In this document: in pieces, positions 1 to 7,407 of the stretch
How positions within the stretch are numbered: the stretch's first letter is position 1
Layout of the letters: the number at the start of each line of letters is the position of its first letter
NCBI GenBank assembly: GCA_963933305.1
Contig: CAWVTM010000001.1
Location: 1-45,465 of the forward strand
Origin: an uncultured bacterium
GTDB lineage: Bacteria; Bacteroidota; Bacteroidia; NS11-12g; UBA9320
Direction of reading: 5' to 3'
Length of the DNA: 45,465 nt
Notes under the pieces: model-generated
What the model was told of the DNA's origin: nothing
The model's input: the letters and a program-made list of their open reading frames with translations, nothing else
The model's database searches: none
Made by a program: the position numbers and the translations under genes

Positions 1-785
1 CATTTATCAAAGATCTAAAGAAAAATCCTTTCTCACTCATCACGGGTGTGAATACATTATTCAATGGCTTACTGAACCAACCAGACTTTAAGGACGTAGA
101 CTTTAGTAATCTAAAAGTATCACTAGGTGGAGGTATGGCTGTTCAAGATTCTGTAGCTACTAGATGGCAAGAACTTACCAAGTCCCCTTTGCTAGAAGCA
201 TACGGACTTTCGGAGACATCTCCAGCTGCTACTATAAATCCTACAGACGGCACACACCGTATGGGAACCATAGGATTACCTATACCCAATACTGATCTGA
301 AGATATTTGACGATGAGCGTAAAGAAGTAGCGGTAGGCGAAAGAGGTGAGATAGGCATAAAAGGTCCACAGGTAATGGCAGGCTACTGGAATAGACCAGA
401 TGCTACTAAAGAGAGTATGCACGGGGACTATTTTCTTACCGGAGATATCGGTATTATGGACGAAGACGGTTTCTTCAAAATAGTAGACCGCAAGAAAGAG
501 ATGGTTTGTGTTTCTGGTTTTAATGTATATCCTAGTGAAGTAGAAGCCGTAATATCGAGTCATCCGGGAGTACTAGAAGTAGGAGTGAGGAGCGAGCCAG
601 ATCCCAAGACTACAGAGTGCGTAATGGCATTTGTAGTAAAGAAAGACGATAGCTTAACTGAGCAAGAAATACGCGATTTCTGCCGAGAAAAACTGACGAA
701 CTATAAAGTACCTAAAAAAGTAGTTTTCCGCGATGAGTTACCTAAGAGTAACGTGGGAAAGATACTAAGACGGAAGTTGGTGTAA
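1..785 (+). CDS. AMP-dependent acyl-CoA synthetase/ligase (long-chain-fatty-acid--CoA ligase-like), C-terminal part; 5' end lies outside the window
   Basis: The frame is open from base 3, and the track M at 48 is an internal GTG. Translation shows AMP-binding-enzyme hallmarks YGLSETSP, GEIGIKGPQVMAGYW and TGDIG..DEDGFFKIVDRKKE, plus the C-terminal KVPKKVVFRDELPKSNVGKILRR. Confidence 0.9.
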   Translation, partial: FIKDLKKNPFSLITGVNTLFNGLLNQPDFKDVDFSNLKVSLGGGMAVQDSVATRWQELTKSPLLEAYGLSETSPAATINPTDGTHRMGTIGLPIPNTDLKIFDDERKEVAVGERGEIGIKGPQVMAGYWNRPDATKESMHGDYFLTGDIGIMDEDGFFKIVDRKKEMVCVSGFNVYPSEVEAVISSHPGVLEVGVRSEPDPKTTECVMAFVVKKDDSLTEQEIRDFCREKLTNYKVPKKVVFRDELPKSNVGKILRRKLV

Positions 786-1110
786 CGTGCTTCTATAGTT
801 TCTCGAAATAATAGACCGTATTTCTTTTTTTCTTGGTTGCTATCGAATACCTCGCCTTTCGTTCTCCAATTCTCAGAAAACTATGGTTATTCCAGAAGCG
901 TAACGTATGTAATTCACTTCTTAGTGCAAAGTTTTGAGTCAAATATTTAGTGGCCAGATGCTTTTCGGATTTAACTTGTCCATGTTCCGTAATGTTTAAA
1001 ATCTCTGAATAGCTGTTAAAATGAATAATATAGGACTCTAGAACTCCACAGAGCGGCTGAATAAAGATGAGGAGAGGTGGCCTATAATGAGCAAAGGCGA
1101 AACAATAATC

Positions 1111-1144
1111 AATAAAAAAATAGCTTTCAGTCAATCTGAAAGCT
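1111..1144 (-). terminator. Rho-independent terminator (minus strand)
   Basis: Perfect 9-bp stem AGCTTTCAG (1122-1130) / CTGAAAGCT (1136-1144) with a 5-nt loop. On the minus strand it is followed by ATTTTTTTATT (complement of 1111-1121). Confidence 0.6.
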
Positions 1145-1632
1145 CTATCTCGTTTTGGGTGTTTTGGCGTTACAAATTCCTCACCATAATCTTCTCCCGC
1201 TGCACCATTTCTCCACTTCTTATCTTTACAGAATATTTCTCCTTTTGGATTTCTTTTAATACAATTTAGTTTTTAAGTGTCGTATAAGTAAATTGAGTTT
1301 ATCGAAGGTTTGTAAAGGCGAAAAATCATTGCATAGCCTTCCGCTTGTCGCCATAGCTTTAGCGGAGGCACAAGCTATGGTACTATTTTTTACGAATAGA
1401 AATCGAGTGAAAAAGGATTTATATGCGGAACTTGAAAGCTATTTTGGTATAATACATAAAAAAGCATTATACACTATCGTACCTTACTGTCTTATGTTTT
1501 TTCTGTGGTCGGAAAGCCTAACCTCCTTTGGAGATAAGAAAAAAGACCGCGTTCGCCGATACGTAGAAAAGAAAAACACCACGAAAAAAAATACAGTAAA
1601 AGTACCCATCAAGGGACTCTAAAGAGCACCAC

Positions 1633-1669
1633 AAAAAAGTGAGCCTCCAGTTTCCTGAAAGCTCACTTT
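1633..1669 (-). terminator. Rho-independent terminator, probably for the SPFH gene
   Basis: Stem AAAGTGAGC (1636-1644) / GCTCACTTT (1661-1669). Read on the minus strand the stem runs into TTTTTT. It lies 73 nt downstream of the stop at 1742. Two smaller hairpins (1681-1703, 1714-1728) lie between. Confidence 0.6.
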
Positions 1670-1741
1670 AGTCTTTAGCACTTCAAGTTTTGTAATCTTG
1701 AAGAAATATGTAAACGGTTTGGAACCGTGATAGTGTAAATC

Positions 1742-2584
1742 TTATTGATTCCCTAGTATAAGAGGTAATCCATCTTTACCGCCTACTACTACTACCTTAC
1801 TATTAGGAGACTGAGCTAGTGCTAGTGTAGCTCCTATGCCTTTTTCTTTTAGTATCTTATCCGTAAGAGATGCACTTAGTATCTTGTTAGCCACCGCTTT
1901 ACCTTCTGCATCTATTTTTTGGCGTTCAGCTTCTTTTTTAGCTTTTACCAGCCTAAACTCATACTCTAGAGCTTCTTGCTCTTGCTTTAGTTTACGCTCT
2001 ATCGCCTCTTTTATAGTAGGAGGTAAGGTTACGTCTCTTACTAGTATCTCATTAAGCTGTATGTACTGCGAGCTTACTATCTTTTTTGATTCTTCAAATA
2101 TCTCTTGCTGTATAGCATCACGCTTACTACTATAGAGTTGCTCTGGAGTATATCTACCCACTACACTTCGTGCAGCAGAGCGTATAGTCGGTAACAAGAT
2201 TCTATCCACGTAGTCTTCACCTTTTTCTTGGTGGAGCTTGCCTAAGCTCTCATAGTCCGGTTGAAACCAAGCAGAAGCATCTAGTTTTATCTCTAGTCCA
2301 TTGCTACTAAGTACAGACATTTTTTCGAATACTTCCTGCTGTCTCACCGCGTATATGATCATAGTATTCCATGGTGCTACGAAGTGAAATCCTTCACCAT
2401 ATGTTCGCTCAGTTTCTACACCGCCACCAAAAGTTTTGTAGAGTACGCCAGCTTTACCAGATCGGATAGTCACTGTAGACTTCACTAATATTATAAGTAT
2501 AAATATACCTAATACTATTAAGCCAAGCCCTTTCCCAGCCAGTTTAGGAAATTGTGGTCTGTTGATGTTGTAATTTTGTGCCAT
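1742..2584 (-). CDS. SPFH/band-7 (prohibitin/HflC-like) membrane protein
   Basis: N-terminal TM segment (GLGLIVLGIFILIILV), then a prohibitin-like core (GKAGVLYKTFGGGV..GEGFHFVAPW) and a C-terminal coiled coil (KQEQEALEYEFRLVKAKKEAERQKIDAEG). Confidence 0.85.
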   Translation of the reverse strand: MAQNYNINRPQFPKLAGKGLGLIVLGIFILIILVKSTVTIRSGKAGVLYKTFGGGVETERTYGEGFHFVAPWNTMIIYAVRQQEVFEKMSVLSSNGLEIKLDASAWFQPDYESLGKLHQEKGEDYVDRILLPTIRSAARSVVGRYTPEQLYSSKRDAIQQEIFEESKKIVSSQYIQLNEILVRDVTLPPTIKEAIERKLKQEQEALEYEFRLVKAKKEAERQKIDAEGKAVANKILSASLTDKILKEKGIGATLALAQSPNSKVVVVGGKDGLPLILGNQ

Positions 2585-2822
2585 TTCTTTGTTTTTTATT
2601 AAATCTCCTGCAACATACGCCTTAATAAATTAAACGAACTACATATAATAAACACATAGCCCAATGGCTTATTACACACGTTAAAATGAGAAGTTATTCC
2701 AATGTGATTCTTCGAGTAGATAGTTGTCCTTTTGAAAATATAGTTAGGAGGTATGTCAAGTCAGAAAAGAGATTCTAAGAAGGTTGCACTTTTAGGGTAT
2801 TAAATGACGATAGTATCACATA

Positions 2823-3839
2823 CTAGCTCAAAACCACATCCACGCTTTTCATCACCTCACTAACCTTGATGCTAAAGATAGTGGAGTTCTCTACATTCTG
2901 TTCTTTGTGTTTGCGAGCGAGGAAGTAATGGTGTACGATACTTTTATCATTTTTAGGATAGAAGACATCTTTTACTCCTGGTCCAAAGAGTGCTACAGTT
3001 GGTGTATTTTGTGCTGCGGCTATATGCAATGGGCCGCTTTCATTACCTACAAAAAGGGATGCAGTTTCACAAAGGGCAGCATATTCTAGTAGATCAAACT
3101 CGCCTACTACATTGAGATTAGTCTTGCTTTTCACCAAGGCTAAGCATTGATTATTGATGTCTTTATCGTCTGGACCGCCTACCAGAAGGCACGGGATAGA
3201 ATATATCTTATTGATGTGTGTGATTACCTCTGCATATCGATCTATGGGCCATCTACGAGCGGGATCTCTAGCTCCAAGGTGTAATATCACGTACTTCGTA
3301 ATACCTTCTTTACTCAGATAATCTGACACTTTATGCTGATTTGTAGTGCTTGTAACTATCTTATTACGGTAGATGATATTCTCTTCCAATAGTGACTGAA
3401 TAACTTCTATATTAGTATCTATCTCATTTTTTTGTCCTCCAATGAACTTATTTTTAAGTCGAATAGAACCTCTATCGAGCCTAAGTTTGGGTTTGTGATT
3501 TAGAGCATATTTGAGTGTTTCTGTTGTGCCACGCAGATCTATGATTAAGTCGTAGCTATTCTCAGTTATTTCCTCGAAATCATTTATACATTCTACATAG
3601 TCTAAGTGCGTGAAGAAAACTGAGTTAAATGACTTACACACTAATGTTTGCTTTGCATCAGGGTAACGTTTATTGAGATTATAAAAGACTGGTAGTGCTG
3701 TGACTAAGTCGCCTATTTCATCCATCTTGATGATTAGAATAGACTTAAAGTCATACGATTTGTCTCCGAGTAGGTTGATGTACTTGGTGGCGAACCATGA
3801 GTTGAAATAGAGTACCTTTTCGTTCACTTTACCCTGCAA
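2823..3839 (-). CDS. Glycosyltransferase family 9 (heptosyltransferase-like)
   Basis: GT9 pattern: N-terminal IIKMDEIGD, mid HLGARDPARRWP, and C-terminal LLVGGPDDKD...FVGNESGPLHIAAA..PTVALFGP. Confidence 0.8.
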   Translation of the reverse strand: MQGKVNEKVLYFNSWFATKYINLLGDKSYDFKSILIIKMDEIGDLVTALPVFYNLNKRYPDAKQTLVCKSFNSVFFTHLDYVECINDFEEITENSYDLIIDLRGTTETLKYALNHKPKLRLDRGSIRLKNKFIGGQKNEIDTNIEVIQSLLEENIIYRNKIVTSTTNQHKVSDYLSKEGITKYVILHLGARDPARRWPIDRYAEVITHINKIYSIPCLLVGGPDDKDINNQCLALVKSKTNLNVVGEFDLLEYAALCETASLFVGNESGPLHIAAAQNTPTVALFGPGVKDVFYPKNDKSIVHHYFLARKHKEQNVENSTIFSIKVSEVMKSVDVVLS

Positions 3840-4572
3840 TTATAGGATATAAGACTGGTCTACTTGGTGCCGCGTCAGATTCAAAATTACTGATATTAAG
3901 TTTTAGTAGATATTTACCATCTTGTATATCGTCTCTTACAAATACGAACTCAGTAATAGAAGCGTCCATACGCGGATCTTCTGGGTACTGCCAGTAAGCA
4001 TAGTGAGATGCCATAGCTCCTCCATCCCATTCAGGGTCTACAGAAGGGAGATCAACGATGAGATGAGAAACTCCAGCAGCTACTATCATTTTCATATCTT
4101 CTGGGGCTATGCACGGTGTTTTTTTACCTGAATAGTCTTTATTCAGCTTGGTAATAGGATTAGGCGAAGTTCTGATAACAAGTGCATCAAGTTTACGTAC
4201 GTTGGCTAAGTCTATACTGCTAAAGTCTAAAAATCTATCATCTTCCTTACGAGGGGATAGGGTGCAGAGTAAAGCGATGGTGAAGTGATCTCTGATAAAG
4301 TCATTTACGAAATAGTCCTCATCTGAGATATGCCCGAGGCATTCTGTATGAGTGCTATTGCCATGAGGGGTGAAGGTGATAGTCTCCAGATTACAAGGTC
4401 CTCCAGATGCCTTATTACCTATAAAATCCCCATCTTGGTAGTTTTTATATATGGCTCCAATTATACCAAAACTGGATACACTGTGTTCTCTTCGGACACT
4501 GATTCCTATCTCTAAAGGTTTAGATAGATCTGCCTGGAAGCTGTTGCCTTGATTGTCAAATGTTAAAATCAC
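3829..4572 (-). CDS. Putative cyclase-family (arylformamidase-like) metal hydrolase
   Basis: HGNSTHTECLGH resembles the cyclase-family HxGTHxDxPxH metal site, and VSHLIVDLPSVD resembles the G(I/V)DxxSxD motif. GTG start. Overlaps the GT9 gene by 11 nt. Confidence 0.55.
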   Translation of the reverse strand: MILTFDNQGNSFQADLSKPLEIGISVRREHSVSSFGIIGAIYKNYQDGDFIGNKASGGPCNLETITFTPHGNSTHTECLGHISDEDYFVNDFIRDHFTIALLCTLSPRKEDDRFLDFSSIDLANVRKLDALVIRTSPNPITKLNKDYSGKKTPCIAPEDMKMIVAAGVSHLIVDLPSVDPEWDGGAMASHYAYWQYPEDPRMDASITEFVFVRDDIQDGKYLLKLNISNFESDAAPSRPVLYPIIAG

Positions 4573-4606
4573 AGGGCAAAAATACTTTTTTAGGTGATTT
4601 TCAGTT

Positions 4607-5806
4607 GTGTTAAGTAAATTCGGCCTTAATATTTTGAAACTTAATAATTACGAAATAAAAAAAGTACTGAAGGTAGTTTTACTTGTATTTGCCTTTTTGA
4701 TAGGCTTTTTCTCCTTGTGGTATACCAATACATTGGTAGAGAAACTTGAAATTCAAGAGCGTGAAAAAATAGCACTTTGGGCAGATGCTACTAGGCTGGC
4801 AGTTTCGTCTGATTTTGACGAAAATGTAGAATTTTACAGAAGTATCATAGCTGCGAATACAACAATACCTGTAATACTTACAGATGATAAAGGGAATATA
4901 AATGGAATGGTGAATATAGATTCGTCTGGAAAGAATCTATCTTTTTTGCAAGATAAGATTGCAATGATGAAAGAGCAAAATGAGCCTATCGTGATAGAAT
5001 TATATGAGGGGTATCGTAACTTTATTTATTATGAAAACTCAAAATTACTCAATCAATTACGTATCTATCCTTACTTTCAATTAGGTGTAATAGCCTTATT
5101 TCTAGCAATAAGCTACTTTGCCTTTAGCTATAGTCGTACAAGTGAGCAAAATAAGGTATGGGCAGGCATGAGCAAAGAGACGGCACATCAGCTAGGTACT
5201 CCTATTAGCTCACTTATGGGTTGGCTAGACTATTTGAGAGAGCGAGAAGGTGATGTAAAAGTGCCAGATAAAGCACTTGTAGAAATGCAGCATGATATGG
5301 ATAGGTTAGGCCTTATTACAGAGCGTTTTTCGAAAATAGGATCTGAGCCATCACTCACAGTATATAATCTGTATGAAGTACTGGAAGAGAGTGTAAGTTA
5401 CATTAACTCTCGTACGTCTCAAAAAGTAGAAATTAGTATTAAGAATATAGATGTTTTTCAGACTATTGATGTAGCGGTGAATAAACCGCTTTTTGCGTGG
5501 GTAGTAGAAAATCTATGTAAAAATGCAGTAGATGCTATGAATGGAGAAGGTGCTATTTGGTTCGAAGTATCTGGCACCGGAGACGAGGTGATTCAGTTTG
5601 ACGTAGTAGATAATGGTAAAGGTATTTCTGCTAATAGACATACAACAATATTTAAACCTGGCTATACTACCAAAAAGAGAGGTTGGGGTTTAGGCTTATC
5701 ATTAGTGAAACGGATAGTAGAAAACTATCACAGAGGTAGAATATATGTACAGAGTAGTGAAGTAGGAAAAGGGACTAGATTTCGCATAGAGTTGAGGAAG
5801 GCTTAA
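4607..5806 (+). CDS. Membrane sensor histidine kinase (orphan)
   Basis: Two TM segments flank a periplasmic region. H-box is ETAHQLGTPISSLMGWLDYL. HATPase_c N/G boxes are NLCKNAVDAM, DNGKGI and GWGLGLSL. The track start is GTG; an in-frame TTG at 4634 (MKLNNYEIKK) is an equally good start. Confidence 0.85.
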   Translation: MLSKFGLNILKLNNYEIKKVLKVVLLVFAFLIGFFSLWYTNTLVEKLEIQEREKIALWADATRLAVSSDFDENVEFYRSIIAANTTIPVILTDDKGNINGMVNIDSSGKNLSFLQDKIAMMKEQNEPIVIELYEGYRNFIYYENSKLLNQLRIYPYFQLGVIALFLAISYFAFSYSRTSEQNKVWAGMSKETAHQLGTPISSLMGWLDYLREREGDVKVPDKALVEMQHDMDRLGLITERFSKIGSEPSLTVYNLYEVLEESVSYINSRTSQKVEISIKNIDVFQTIDVAVNKPLFAWVVENLCKNAVDAMNGEGAIWFEVSGTGDEVIQFDVVDNGKGISANRHTTIFKPGYTTKKRGWGLGLSLVKRIVENYHRGRIYVQSSEVGKGTRFRIELRKA

Positions 5807-5891
5807 TGCTTTGTTTATATCTATATAAACTTTGCTTATGCTAAAAGTAAGGTTGTGAACTTACCTTCGTACCAGAAATAAAAATAATATT

Positions 5892-6215
5892 ATGGCATTA
5901 GAGTTTTCAGATTCAAATTTTGAACAAGAAGTATTAAATAGCGGAGATACACCAGTACTAGTAGATTTCTGGGCAGAGTGGTGCGGACCATGCAGAATGA
6001 TAGGCCCTCTAGTAGAGGAGCTAGCTACAGAGTATGACGGCAAAGCTAAGATAGGTAAGATGAATATCGATAACAATCCTGCTACACCTACAAAGTATGG
6101 AGTGCGAAGCATCCCGACATTACTAGTATTTAAAAATGGAGAAGTAGTAGACAAGATAGTAGGTGCAGTACCTAAGACTACTATTTCTGGTAAAATAGAT
6201 GGTCAATTAGCATAA
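5892..6215 (+). CDS. trxA: Thioredoxin
   Basis: 107 aa with the WAEWCGPC active site and typical YGVRSIPTLLVFKNGE. Confidence 0.95.
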   Translation: MALEFSDSNFEQEVLNSGDTPVLVDFWAEWCGPCRMIGPLVEELATEYDGKAKIGKMNIDNNPATPTKYGVRSIPTLLVFKNGEVVDKIVGAVPKTTISGKIDGQLA

Positions 6216-6240
6216 GCTAAATACTATTTCGTAATATTGA

Positions 6241-6277
6241 GCGGTATATCTCGTTACAGAGAAATACCGCTTTTTTT
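6241..6277 (+). terminator. Rho-independent terminator of trxA
   Basis: GCGGTATATCTC (6241-6252) / GAGAAATACCGC (6259-6270) form 11 of 12 pairs with loop GTTACA, followed by T7 (6271-6277). Confidence 0.8.
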
Positions 6278-7198
6278 ATGGGCCATACACATATAAAACC
6301 AGAGGATATCCTGCATACAGGAAACTTAGAACTGCTAGCTAAGAAGGCAGTGGAAGGATTTGTTACGGGTTTTCATAAAAGCCCATTTCATGGATTCTCA
6401 GTAGAATTCGCAGAGCATAGGCAGTATAATCCTGGTGAAAGCACGAAGAATATAGATTGGAAACTCTATGGACGTACAGATAAATTGTACAATAAGCGAT
6501 TTGATGAGGAGACTAATCTAAGGTGCCAATTTATAGTAGACGTATCCTCCAGTATGCAGATTTCGCAAAAAGAAGGACTCAGTAAGCTGCAGTATGCGAT
6601 ATGGAGTGTAGCCGTATTTAGTCAGTTATTGAAAAAACAACGTGATGCTTCTGGCATTTGCTTCTTTGATCACGAAATCAAAGAATATACTAAAATAGCA
6701 TCTTCAGGCAGACATTACAAAGAACTTCTAAACAAGCTTGAAAATTATTTAGATTATAATACAGAACAACAATCAACAGACATAAGTGCTACACTGCATT
6801 CCATAGCGGCTCAGATTCATAGACGTAGCTTAGTGGTACTATTTACAGATTTTTTTCAAGAAGGAAAGGACTTAGAGTCAATGTTTGACGCTATAAAGCA
6901 TCTAAAGCATAATAAGCATGAAGTTATAGTATTTCATACGTTGCATCGAAGCACTGAGTTAGAATTTGACTTTGGTGCTGGGCCACTTACTATAGAAGAT
7001 GCAGAAACTGGTGAAAAACTGAAGCTTGCACCATCAGAGGTCAAAGCAGATTATATGAGTGCAGTTTCTTCTTATACTGCTGAGATAAAATCGAGACTGA
7101 ACCTGTATAAGATAGATTATGTAGAAGCTGATACTGCCGATTCCATAGATAAGGCATTGTTACCTTTTTTATTGAAACGTAAGCGAATGATTAGATAA
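6278..7198 (+). CDS. DUF58 (vWA-like) domain protein
   Basis: FHGFSVEFAEHRQYNPGESTKNIDWKLYGRTDKLYNKRFDEE followed by FIVDVSSSM is the DUF58 signature seen in MoxR/Bat-type operons. Confidence 0.8.
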   Translation: MGHTHIKPEDILHTGNLELLAKKAVEGFVTGFHKSPFHGFSVEFAEHRQYNPGESTKNIDWKLYGRTDKLYNKRFDEETNLRCQFIVDVSSSMQISQKEGLSKLQYAIWSVAVFSQLLKKQRDASGICFFDHEIKEYTKIASSGRHYKELLNKLENYLDYNTEQQSTDISATLHSIAAQIHRRSLVVLFTDFFQEGKDLESMFDAIKHLKHNKHEVIVFHTLHRSTELEFDFGAGPLTIEDAETGEKLKLAPSEVKADYMSAVSSYTAEIKSRLNLYKIDYVEADTADSIDKALLPFLLKRKRMIR

Positions 7199-7371
7199 CA
7201 ACTCTTTACTTTAGACCAATTCTGAATACCAAAAAAACATTTCCCGAAACTAGAAAATTAGATGCTTATTTTCTGTTGTTCAGCTATTTATATATTTATA
7301 AGGTGCTTTATCACTGGTGTTTCCCCATGTAGGTATTTTTGTAAAACGTGTTAATTGGTTAAATTATATAT

Positions 7372-7379
7372 TATCTTTG
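7372..7379 (+). promoter_or_regulatory. Bacteroidota -7 promoter box TATCTTTG
   Basis: Exact TAnnTTTG match 28 nt upstream of the ATG at 7408. A second match, TATTTTTG, is at 7334-7341. Confidence 0.45.
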
Positions 7380-7407
7380 ACATAACTATTACTACTATAA
7401 ATTAATC

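Noticed and set aside
793-1622. Track ORFs 793..1134 (-), 1087..1269 (+) and 1293..1622 (+) as real protein genes.
   Set aside because: The first starts at a TTG in a terminator loop and reads through the hairpin. The others have odd composition and no motifs. I treat the region as non-coding or decayed (see finding).
1621-1672. The minus-strand peptide KVSFQETGGSLFCGAL looked like the N-terminus (KYKFHNKEGAYF...) of IS200/RAYT transposases.
   Set aside because: These codons are simply the two arms and loop of the SPFH-gene terminator hairpin, so the resemblance is most likely coincidental. This weakens the transposase-relic idea to the C-terminal fragment only.
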